DNA of 64,000 bases from Rickettsia typhi (lineage in GTDB: Bacteria > Pseudomonadota > Alphaproteobacteria > Rickettsiales > UBA1997), in assembly GCA_945862535.1 (NCBI GenBank), contig CAMAYG010000005.1:19952-83951 (forward strand), in the 5' to 3' direction. Shown here piece by piece: positions 29,059 to 37,643 of this stretch. The number at the start of each line of letters is the position of its first letter. The stretch's first letter is position 1. The notes under the pieces were generated by a model, which saw only the letters and a program-made list of their open reading frames with translations, made no database searches and was not told where the DNA came from. Both the position numbers and the translations under genes were made by a program.

Positions 29059-30011
29059 TTAATTTTAGCAATTGAAATAACTTTTAAGGCTCTTTTATTT
29101 CCTTCAATAATTTTGATTTTTAAATTTCTAATCTCTAATTCTTCGCCGACTTCTGGTATTTTTTTAAAAACAGCTAAAGCAAAACCTCCTATTGTTTCAA
29201 AGTTATCTTCGAGATTGCTAATTTTTATATCAAATATTTCTTCGATTTTAGTAATTGCCACTCTGGCACCAAATTCAAAATTATCTTCGCTCTTTTTTTT
29301 AATACGAAAAAACGAATTATCGCTTGGTAAATCGTGCTCATCATCGATATTACCTACAATTTCTTCCATAATATTTTCAATAGTAATTAGGCCGTCTACA
29401 GCACCAAATTCGTCTAAAACTACTGCCATGTGAGTTCTGGCAATTCTCATTTTTAGAAGCAAATCTATAGGCTTAATAGTGGCTGGAACAAATAAGATTT
29501 TCCGTAATATTTTGCTAATTTTAAAATCCTTAACATCGACACTTAAAAATTGTATTAAATCCTTACTATGAATAAAACCAATAATTTCATCGATATTTTC
29601 TTTAAATACAGGGATTCTACTATGGCCCTTTTCTACTATATTCTTCTTAATATTATTAATGTTTTCATTAGCAGAAACTGCAATTATGTCGTTGCGAGAG
29701 GTCATTAAGGTGCCAATTTTCTTTTCCGATAAAGTTGCCAACTTAACAAATAATTGTTGCTCTTCAAAGGTAATAACTCCTTGGTTACGATAACTATTAA
29801 GAAGGTTATTGATAATAATTAAGAATGTTTTGCGGGTTTTTTTATTGATTAAATTAAGTAGCCAGCTAATTATGCCAACTATTTTTTGCCCTTCGAATCT
29901 TTTTTTAACAAAAACCTTTTTTGTTGAATTTTTTTTGTGTTTTTTAAAATTTTTAATTAATTTTTTCATTTTTAAAAATATTGTTAATTTTTTTAATAAT
30001 TTGGCTATCAA
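29055..30011 (-). CDS. tlyC: CBS-domain + CorC/HlyC transporter-associated domain protein (TlyC/CorC family)
   Basis: It has a CBS pair (IMTSRNDIIAV..., GFIHSKDL) and the C-terminal motif DEFGAVDGLITIENIMEEIVGNIDDEHD plus a CorC_HlyC domain. Confidence 0.85.
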   Translation of the reverse strand: MIAKLLKKLTIFLKMKKLIKNFKKHKKNSTKKVFVKKRFEGQKIVGIISWLLNLINKKTRKTFLIIINNLLNSYRNQGVITFEEQQLFVKLATLSEKKIGTLMTSRNDIIAVSANENINNIKKNIVEKGHSRIPVFKENIDEIIGFIHSKDLIQFLSVDVKDFKISKILRKILFVPATIKPIDLLLKMRIARTHMAVVLDEFGAVDGLITIENIMEEIVGNIDDEHDLPSDNSFFRIKKKSEDNFEFGARVAITKIEEIFDIKISNLEDNFETIGGFALAVFKKIPEVGEELEIRNLKIKIIEGNKRALKVISIAKIN

Positions 30012-30945
30012 CCATCTCTTTTATCGCCTCTTGCTGATTAGTAATAATTTGCGGCAAATAAGAATATTGCTCAAGGAAAACATTACCAAAGACTGTTTTT
30101 TTCTTTAACTCTTCATTATAGTCAATATTATTTTTTATATAATTTTTGTTAAAGAAATCAATCATTATTAGCAAAAAAAATGCCAATGAAGCCTTAATAT
30201 TACAATTTGCAGAAGGTATTCTATATTCTATTCTTTCTTTTGGAATTATTCTAATTGCAGCGGTGCGATTATTATTACCAACAGAAATTCTGGTTGGAGA
30301 ATTGTATTTACCTATTTTAGATAAATATTGATTAATTTCAATTGAAAACCTAAGAAAATCTGATGCCTTGGGAACGAATATTGGCAAGGTTTTATTAATA
30401 TTTTCTAAAATATTAAATAAGAAATAATCTATTAATTTTTTACATTTATCTTCCGGTGAGTTTAATATATTTTTTTGATTTTTATCGATTAAAGAAAAAT
30501 TAATTTGTAATGCACTTCCGCAGTCTTTTTTATTTGGTTGCCCAGCAAAACTTGGCTTCAATTTTTGCTTATTAGCAATTTTAGCGATTTGTTTTTTTGC
30601 TAAATTCAAGTTGTTAATTTGTAAAATTAGACTTGTACTTGCTAAGGTTTTTATTTCAAATTGATGATGTCCAGCCTCTTTGGCTATTATAATTTTACTA
30701 CTTAAAGAGTTATTTTTTAAATATCGACTAAATATTAAATAAAAATTATCGATTCTTTGCTCTAATTTAAATTTACTGCTTTTTTTGTAATCGGTGTCTA
30801 GTAAGTAAAATTCTAACTCAAAGCCAATTTTCAGCTTAAGATTAAATCTTCTAATAAATCTATTAAAAGATTTATTAGAAAAAATAAAAAATTTATCTTG
30901 TTGATAAAAAAACTTATTAACTTTGGTCGATAAATTTACTTGCAA
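29953..30945 (-). CDS. divergent glutamine-synthetase-catalytic-domain-like protein (no N-terminal beta-grasp domain)
   Basis: GFELEFYLLD, EAGHHQFEI, NNRTAAIRI and RIEYRIPSANCN parallel the GS motifs (E.EF.L, ..G(Q)HE(I/V), NRSA.IRIP, R.E.R.PD...NP). It is very K/N/I-rich and uses a TTG start. Confidence 0.45.
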   Translation of the reverse strand: MQVNLSTKVNKFFYQQDKFFIFSNKSFNRFIRRFNLKLKIGFELEFYLLDTDYKKSSKFKLEQRIDNFYLIFSRYLKNNSLSSKIIIAKEAGHHQFEIKTLASTSLILQINNLNLAKKQIAKIANKQKLKPSFAGQPNKKDCGSALQINFSLIDKNQKNILNSPEDKCKKLIDYFLFNILENINKTLPIFVPKASDFLRFSIEINQYLSKIGKYNSPTRISVGNNNRTAAIRIIPKERIEYRIPSANCNIKASLAFFLLIMIDFFNKNYIKNNIDYNEELKKKTVFGNVFLEQYSYLPQIITNQQEAIKEMVDSQIIKKINNIFKNEKIN

Positions 30946-30980
30946 ATTACAATGAATTAGTAGTTTTTTGTAAAATTAGA

Positions 30981-31298
30981 TTAAATATTTTCTTCAATCC
31001 ATTCTATTAAGCTATTTTTCGGCAATGCTCCAATCTTTGTATCTACCAATTTATTTTGTTTAAAAATCATTAAAGCAGGAATACCGCGAACAAGGAATTT
31101 AGAAGGAAACTCTGGGTTTTCATCGACATTACATTTGTATATAGTAATTTTATCTGCCATTTCTTGGCTAAGTTGATCGATAATAGGACCTAATTGACGG
31201 CAAGGACCACACCATGGAGCCCAAAAATCTACTAAAATTGGTTTAGTGCTATTTTCGAGAATTTCGGAAAAATTGCTATCGTTAATTTCTTGAGACAT
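30981..31298 (-). CDS. trxA: thioredoxin
   Basis: 105 aa with the active site VDFWAPWCGPCRQL. Confidence 0.9.
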   Translation of the reverse strand: MSQEINDSNFSEILENSTKPILVDFWAPWCGPCRQLGPIIDQLSQEMADKITIYKCNVDENPEFPSKFLVRGIPALMIFKQNKLVDTKIGALPKNSLIEWIEENI

Positions 31299-31379
31299 TT
31301 AATTTATTGATTGATTCATATTTTATAACAAAAACAATTTAGTAATAACTTTTTATTTTTCAAGGTCATTAGTTTGTTT

Positions 31380-32246
31380 TTAAAATAATTTTTCATTTAC
31401 TGCCATTTTTTCATTTACTGCTACCGCGATATAATCTAGATTACCAACATCCTCTGCCATTTTAACCTCAACAATATCATTATTTACATTAGCAATTGTA
31501 CCAACTAATATTCCTGAAGGCATTATATTGCCATCGCCAGAAGTAAATATTTTTTCACCAACTTTAAGAAAATGATTCTTTTGCAAATATAATATCTCCA
31601 TATTGCCGTTGTTCTTACCAGCTATAATTCCTTTTATTCTCTTATTTTCACTAATAACAGGGATTTTTGATTTAGAATCTGTTATTAATATAATTATCGA
31701 CCTATTTTTCTCTACCTTTATCACCCTCCCTATAATTCCTAATCTTCCTAATATAATAGAGTTTTCAACTATCCCATGATCTAAACCAATATTGATAAAA
31801 TAATGATTGTTAAATATTTGCCCACTTCTGCCAATAAATTTAGCAATTTTAAAGTTATTAAATTTAAGGCGGTTTACTTGTAGAATCTTATCTATTTCTT
31901 GATATTCTTTTTTTAAATTAACCATCTCCAGATAATGATTTTTTAAAATAATATTTTCTTGTTTTAGTTTTATATTTTCTTTTTTTGCAATTATTAGCTC
32001 GTGAAAGCTGTTTAAAGCTTCAATAGAGCCATCAAAAGGGAAATTTATTATTTTTACTATTGGTAATGAAATTTTAATAAAAAATAGCGATATTTTATTA
32101 TGAAAATCACGATTATTTTTAGTTATAGTTAAAAATAAGATACATAAAATTATTAAAAAAATCGTTTCAAATTTTTTTAAAAAAATCTCTAGACTCTTTT
32201 TAATACTGCTAGAATTTTGATACCTAGGATTAAAATACTGATTCAT
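31380..32246 (-). CDS. mreC: rod-shape-determining protein MreC
   Basis: It has an N-terminal TM helix, a coiled coil (ENIKLKQENIILKN) and beta-barrel motifs (GRLGIIGRVIKVEKNRSIIILITDSKSKIPV, FTSGDGNIMPSGILVG). Confidence 0.75.
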   Translation of the reverse strand: MNQYFNPRYQNSSSIKKSLEIFLKKFETIFLIILCILFLTITKNNRDFHNKISLFFIKISLPIVKIINFPFDGSIEALNSFHELIIAKKENIKLKQENIILKNHYLEMVNLKKEYQEIDKILQVNRLKFNNFKIAKFIGRSGQIFNNHYFINIGLDHGIVENSIILGRLGIIGRVIKVEKNRSIIILITDSKSKIPVISENKRIKGIIAGKNNGNMEILYLQKNHFLKVGEKIFTSGDGNIMPSGILVGTIANVNNDIVEVKMAEDVGNLDYIAVAVNEKMAVNEKLF

Positions 32247-32257
32247 TAAATTATTTT

Positions 32258-32947
32258 TTAAAGTTTGTAATAAATGGCTTCAAATTTATCTTTAGCAATA
32301 TTAATTATTTTATTTTGTGATTTTTTATAGTTAAAATTTATTAGATTTTCTTGATAAATTTTCTCAATAGAAGTAATGCCAAAATCTTTAATACCACAAG
32401 GAATAATATTATTGAAAGCATTTAAGTCTGGAGCAATATTAATTGCTATTCCATGATAAGATACCCATTTTTTTAATTTAATTCCTATTGCGGCGATTTT
32501 TTCTTCGTTTTTCTTATTAATAACCCAAATACCAACACGATTTTGCCTTATTTCTCCTTTAATATCAAATGATTTTAAAATTTCAATAATCCAATCTTCT
32601 AAAAATTTAACAAAAAATGAAATATCTGGGGTTTTACCTAGAAAAAACCTTTTTAAATCGATAATTAAATAACATATTTGCATTTTTGGACCATGAAAAG
32701 TATATTTTCCGCCACGATTTACCATTATTACCGGAATATCGTTTTTGGAAATTAAATCTTCTTCTTTTGCACTAATTCCAGCGGTGTAAACATTTTTATG
32801 TTCTAAAAACCAAATTAATTGAGGTTTTTTATTTAAAAAAACCTCTTCAGCCCTAGATTCCATAATAGATAAAGCGGTAGAATAATCAATTAAATTATCT
32901 TCAAAAACCCATTCTAAAGAACTTAAATATTCGTCTTTATTTATCAT
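32258..32947 (-). CDS. lipB: octanoyltransferase (lipoate-protein ligase B)
   Basis: Motifs are WFLEHKNVYTAG, NRGGKYTFHGPKMQICY and KIAAIGIKLKKWVSYHGIAINI. Confidence 0.85.
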   Translation of the reverse strand: MINKDEYLSSLEWVFEDNLIDYSTALSIMESRAEEVFLNKKPQLIWFLEHKNVYTAGISAKEEDLISKNDIPVIMVNRGGKYTFHGPKMQICYLIIDLKRFFLGKTPDISFFVKFLEDWIIEILKSFDIKGEIRQNRVGIWVINKKNEEKIAAIGIKLKKWVSYHGIAINIAPDLNAFNNIIPCGIKDFGITSIEKIYQENLINFNYKKSQNKIINIAKDKFEAIYYKL

Positions 32948-32954
32948 TTTACAA

Positions 32955-34025
32955 CTAATTTTTTTCGCGAATCGTTTTTACTAACAATTCAACATTTTCA
33001 ATTGGAGTTTCTGGCAATATACCATGTCCAAGATTAAAAATAAAAGAGTTTTGATTAAAATCTTTTACTATTTGCTTTGCCGATTTAACAATATTTTCTT
33101 TACTACCAAATGCTAATAAGTAATTGTCAAAATTACCTTGAATCGTTGTTTTAAAAGGTTTTTGAATGTTTTCAACCACCCAATTATTGTTAAAATTCTG
33201 GTCAATTGCCAAGCAATCAAATTTAACATTTTTAGCAAAATCTAATATCATCGATCCGCTCCCTTTGGCAAAACATATGATTGGAGTATCTGGAAATACT
33301 TCTTTGATTTTATTAACAATTTTAGCATTTGGTTTAATAACAAAATTTTGATAATCGTTAAAAGGTAATATTCCAGCCCAAGAGTCGAATAGCTTTATTA
33401 TATCTGCCCCTGCAAATATCTGTTGTTTAAGATAAATAACTACAGCATCTACTATTATATCTATTAATTTTTCGAAGAAATCTGGGTTAGAACAAATTAT
33501 TTTTTTAACTTTTTCAAAATTTTTAGATCCTCCGCCTTCAATCATATAACAAGCTAAAGTAAAAGGAGACCCAGAGAAACCTATTAAAGCTTTATCTGAA
33601 GGCATTTTACTTTTTGTAATATTTATTGCCTCAAAAACTGGCGCTAAATGGCTTTTTACCTGATTTACTTTAAGTTTTTCCAAGTTAAAATTTTGGTCTA
33701 TATGGTTAATTTTTGGTCCTATTTTTTCGATAAATTCTACTTTTAAACCAAGAGCATCGGGTATCGTTAAGATATCGGAAAAAATAATAGCAGCATCAAA
33801 ATCAAATCGTTTTATTGGCTGTAAAGTTACTTCGGAGGCAAGTTTTGGATTATAACATAAATCTAAAAAACTGCCAGCATTTTTTCTTATTTCTCGATAT
33901 TCAGGTAAATATCTTCCTGCTTGCCTCATTATCCATATTGGAGGATAAATTTGTGGTTTTTTATCGACTAAAGCGGAAATAATTTTTTTCTCATCAAGAT
34001 TTATTGTTTTCAGTTCTTTTTTCAT
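32955..34025 (-). CDS. hemE: uroporphyrinogen decarboxylase
   Basis: Motifs are PIWIMRQAGRYLPEYREIR, FDFDAAIIFSDIL and LFDSWAG. Confidence 0.9.
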   Translation of the reverse strand: MKKELKTINLDEKKIISALVDKKPQIYPPIWIMRQAGRYLPEYREIRKNAGSFLDLCYNPKLASEVTLQPIKRFDFDAAIIFSDILTIPDALGLKVEFIEKIGPKINHIDQNFNLEKLKVNQVKSHLAPVFEAINITKSKMPSDKALIGFSGSPFTLACYMIEGGGSKNFEKVKKIICSNPDFFEKLIDIIVDAVVIYLKQQIFAGADIIKLFDSWAGILPFNDYQNFVIKPNAKIVNKIKEVFPDTPIICFAKGSGSMILDFAKNVKFDCLAIDQNFNNNWVVENIQKPFKTTIQGNFDNYLLAFGSKENIVKSAKQIVKDFNQNSFIFNLGHGILPETPIENVELLVKTIREKN

Positions 34026-34517
34026 TTTTAAATGAGTATATTTTAATAGAGTTTATAAAATGTTAATATTTCTTAATTATCAACATTTTATTAACAAAAA
34101 CCACTTTAATAGAGTCTTATTTTACCAAGATTTTTAATAAAATTGTTAATAGTTTTTCTGTTAATATTTTTTGTTATTAAAATGTTGATAATAGTTAATT
34201 TTTTGTTAATAAAATTATTTTTAATAAATCCTTGTTGATAGATTGTTAATAAAAGAAGGATTGTTAATAAAACCTTAGTAAATTGTTAATAAAAAACTGT
34301 TAAAACAAATTATTTATTGGTTTTAATTAATGGTGAAAATTGTTAATAATTTTAACTCTAAAAGATTATTACAATATTTTCAATTTTCAATTTGCTTTTT
34401 GCTTTTTATTTATTAATTATATTGGTTAAAATATAATTTGCTATTTGTTGGTTGATTTATTTATTTATTATATTGAAAAAGAGTTTCATTATACTTGCTA
34501 ATCTTTGGAGGAATTCG
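34026..34517. other. candidate chromosomal replication origin (oriC) region
   Basis: This is a very AT-rich spacer next to hemE. It has 5 same-orientation copies of ATTGTTAATA(A/G) (34142, 34242, 34260, 34282, 34339) plus 3 TGTTAATA cores. It has 3 near-consensus DnaA-box 9-mers (34077-34085, 34183-34191, 34233-34241) and one TTAA-N7-TTAA (34195-34209). Flanking genes diverge from it. Confidence 0.5.
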
Positions 34518-35924
34518 TTGTTAAAATCTATTAAATCTCTTAAAATATCTGGTAAAAATTCTTTACCAATTATAGAAGGCGGTAAAGGTGTTGGAGTTAC
34601 TAATGGTGTCACAGCTGGTCATTTTGCAAAACATGGTGCTGTTGGTACTTTTTCTGGTGTTAATGCTGATTATATCGATGAAAATGGTAATTTTGTTCCG
34701 TTAATTTACAATACTCACACTAGAAGAGAGAGGCATCTAGAGCTTATTGATTATAGCATTAAAGGCGGAATATCTCAGGCAAAAATTGCGAAAGATATTT
34801 CTGGAAATAGTGGTCGAATTCATATTAATGTTTTATGGGAAATGGGTGGAGCTGAAAAGGTTTTACATGGTATTTTAGAAGGTGCTAAAGACTTAATTCA
34901 TGGAGTTACCTGTGGAGCAGGTATGCCTTATCGCTTATCGGAAATTGCCGAGAAATATAAAGTTTATTACTATCCTATTGTTTCTTCAATGCGAGCCTTT
35001 CGTGCCTTATGGAAAAGAAGTTATTTTAAAGTGAAAGATCTTTTAGGTGGTGTGGTTTATGAATGTCCGTGGCGGGCAGGAGGCCATAATGGTCTTTCTA
35101 ATGCCGAAAATCCTACAGAATTTCAAGATCCTTACCCAAGAGTTACTGAATTACGAAGCTTTATGAATTCTGTTGGTCTTAATGATGTTCCTATTGTTAT
35201 GGCGGGAGGAGTTTGGAATCTTGAAGAATATGAAGGTTGGCTCGAAAACCCCGAAATAGGGCCGATAGTCTTTCAATTTGGCACTCGCCCAATAGTTACT
35301 CAAGAATACCCTGTCCCGATGTCTTGGAAGCAGAAAATGCTTAATTTGAAAAAAGGCGATGTTTATTTAAATCGTTTCAGCCCTACTGGCTTCTATTCTT
35401 CTGCAGTAGAAAATAATTTTATTAAAGAGTTACAGCAAAGAGAAATTCGTCAAGTAGAATATCGCTCAAAAAGCGAAGGAGAATTTAACAAGGAAATTCC
35501 TTTTGGTAATCGTGGTCGTGTTGTCTATATTAAATCGCAAGATCATCAAAAAGTTGAACAATGGATTGCTTTAGGACATAACGAACCTATGAAAACCCCA
35601 GATGAAACCTTAATGTTTGTCGATAAATCTAAGGCTCAGCAAATATTAACCGATCAAATAAATTGTATGGGTTGTTTAAGTCAGTGTAGGTTTAGCAACT
35701 GGTCAGATAAAGAAGAAAATCATTACACTAATGGCCTTAAGGCCGATCCTCGCAGTTTTTGTATTCAAAAAACTCTGCAAGAAGTTCGTAAAGGCATAGA
35801 CATAGATAATCAGCTAATATTTTCTGGTCATAGTGCTTATCGCTTTGCCTCCGACCCATTTTATGCTAATGGTTTTATCCCAACAATTGGGCAATTAATA
35901 AACCGCATCATGCTTGGGAAGTAA
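34518..35924 (+). CDS. nitronate-monooxygenase-like (NMO/FMN TIM-barrel) protein
   Basis: Motifs are LPIIEGGKGVGVTNGVTAGHFAKHGAVGTFSG, VTCGAGMP and VMAGGVWN. The track start is 34452 (TTG). I prefer the in-frame TTG at 34518, 6 nt behind GGAGG (34507-34511). It may be the 'RP001'-type origin-flanking gene of alphaproteobacteria, from memory and unverified. Confidence 0.7.
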   Translation: MLKSIKSLKISGKNSLPIIEGGKGVGVTNGVTAGHFAKHGAVGTFSGVNADYIDENGNFVPLIYNTHTRRERHLELIDYSIKGGISQAKIAKDISGNSGRIHINVLWEMGGAEKVLHGILEGAKDLIHGVTCGAGMPYRLSEIAEKYKVYYYPIVSSMRAFRALWKRSYFKVKDLLGGVVYECPWRAGGHNGLSNAENPTEFQDPYPRVTELRSFMNSVGLNDVPIVMAGGVWNLEEYEGWLENPEIGPIVFQFGTRPIVTQEYPVPMSWKQKMLNLKKGDVYLNRFSPTGFYSSAVENNFIKELQQREIRQVEYRSKSEGEFNKEIPFGNRGRVVYIKSQDHQKVEQWIALGHNEPMKTPDETLMFVDKSKAQQILTDQINCMGCLSQCRFSNWSDKEENHYTNGLKADPRSFCIQKTLQEVRKGIDIDNQLIFSGHSAYRFASDPFYANGFIPTIGQLINRIMLGK

Positions 35925-36084
35925 ATTTAATTTATTTTGCTAGACTGTAGTAATTTAATACTACCCAATATAATGCTAGAAATCGCTAATCTATTGACTC
36001 TTGAGAAGTTTTTTATAAATTAGCTTTATTAAAATCACCCGCAGTAATTTATAATAAATTATTTAACAAAATATTAGCCATATT

Positions 36085-36852
36085 ATGTCGATACAAGTAA
36101 TGTTATTTGATAATTTTATTAAAAACAAAATAAATTTATCAAAAGATAAGTTAATGACAATGAAAAAAAAAGAAAAACAAAAAGAAGAACCAAAAGAAAT
36201 AAAGTTTTGTAGCTCTTTGCAGTTTAATCAAAGACAAAAAATGAACGGCATCGATCTATTATCAAAAATAGATAATGAGACTACTAAAGCAGTATTTTTC
36301 GATCCTCAATATCGTGGTATATTAGATAAACAAAAATATGGCAATGAAGGAATTTTACGAGACAAAAGAAGATGTAATCTTGAGCAAATGCCAGAAGAAA
36401 TGATTGTTGAATTTATTAAAGAAATAGATAGAGTTTTACAGCCTTCCGCCTATTTATTTTTGTGGATCGATAAGTTTCATTTATGTGAAGGAGTTTCTGG
36501 TTGGTTTAGTAATACAGCTTTACAAACGGTCGATTTGATGATATGGGAAAAGCCAAATATTGGCATGGGTTATCGCACCAGAAATAAATGCGAATTTTTA
36601 TTAATTTTACAAAAGAAGCCAATAAAAGCTAAATCAACCTGGACAATCCATAATATTCCTAATGTTTGGAAAGAGAAAGTGATAACTAAAATCCACCCAC
36701 ATACAAAACCCCTAGAAATGCAGAAAATTTTAATTAATGCAACAACTAATGAAGGGGATATTGTTATTGACCCTGCGATGGGAAGTGGTTCTGTTTTACA
36801 ATCTTGCCTAGAAACAAATAGAACTTTTGTTGGTTGCGATATTAACGGCTAA
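36085..36852 (+). CDS. beta-class DNA methyltransferase (N6-adenine or N4-cytosine), type II R-M
   Basis: The catalytic motif IV variant VFFDPQYRG lies N-terminal, and the AdoMet motif I (IVIDPAMGSGSVLQSC) lies near the C-terminus. This IV->I order marks the beta class. Confidence 0.75.
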   Translation: MSIQVMLFDNFIKNKINLSKDKLMTMKKKEKQKEEPKEIKFCSSLQFNQRQKMNGIDLLSKIDNETTKAVFFDPQYRGILDKQKYGNEGILRDKRRCNLEQMPEEMIVEFIKEIDRVLQPSAYLFLWIDKFHLCEGVSGWFSNTALQTVDLMIWEKPNIGMGYRTRNKCEFLLILQKKPIKAKSTWTIHNIPNVWKEKVITKIHPHTKPLEMQKILINATTNEGDIVIDPAMGSGSVLQSCLETNRTFVGCDING

Positions 36853-36864
36853 AATCAAAAAAAA

Positions 36865-37581
36865 ATGGCTAAAATTAAAGATGCAAAGGCAAAAAATTCG
36901 AGCGGCTCATATGCTAGAGTCTTTAACAATAAAGCACTTGGAGATTTAATTACCAAGGTTCATAGCACCTCTATTTCTAACGGATCTGAATTAGAAAATT
37001 TGATTTTACATTATATAGTCAAAGATTTTATAGTAGAAGACTGTGATGAATTTTTACACAATTTTAAAAGATTTAATAATACAGAAGCTGATATTATAAG
37101 ATTAATACCAAAAAAAATATTAAAAAAATCTAAAACATTAAAGCCTCAAAAAAACCCTGAAAATAAAACTTTTGAACCAGATTTCGTCGTGTTAAAAATT
37201 GACTCAATACAACAATGTTGCTATATTATCGAGTTAAAAGATGGGTTCGTTTTTGATACAAAAAAAGTGATTGGTGAAAGAAGGCATTTAGAAGATTTTG
37301 AAAATTATATTGCTAAACAAATACCTTTTGCAACTAAAATCAAGTTTTGTTGCTTTAATGAAACCAGTAAAGAAAAAATCAAAAATGGCTTAAAAGGCGC
37401 TTTTGATGTTAATGAAATTATGACAGGAGAAGAGTTTTGTGCCCTAGTTAAAATCGACTACGATAACATTATAAGGCTAAGAAAAAATGATAGTGTAGAG
37501 AATATCGATTATTTTATTGATGAATTATTAAAAATAGCAAATATAAAAGAGTTAATCGTAGAAAAGTTGGGAAATAAGTAA
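36865..37581 (+). CDS. putative type II restriction endonuclease (PD-(D/E)XK)
   Basis: It starts 12 nt after the methyltransferase. EPDFVVLKIDSIQQCCYIIELKDG fits a PD...(E)XK nuclease core. No specific enzyme family was recognised. Confidence 0.45.
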   Translation: MAKIKDAKAKNSSGSYARVFNNKALGDLITKVHSTSISNGSELENLILHYIVKDFIVEDCDEFLHNFKRFNNTEADIIRLIPKKILKKSKTLKPQKNPENKTFEPDFVVLKIDSIQQCCYIIELKDGFVFDTKKVIGERRHLEDFENYIAKQIPFATKIKFCCFNETSKEKIKNGLKGAFDVNEIMTGEEFCALVKIDYDNIIRLRKNDSVENIDYFIDELLKIANIKELIVEKLGNK

Positions 37582-37643
37582 TTATTGCCAAATGTTAAAT
37601 ATCAAGAACTGCAGGCTTTAGCTCGCAGAAAAATTATCAATCA

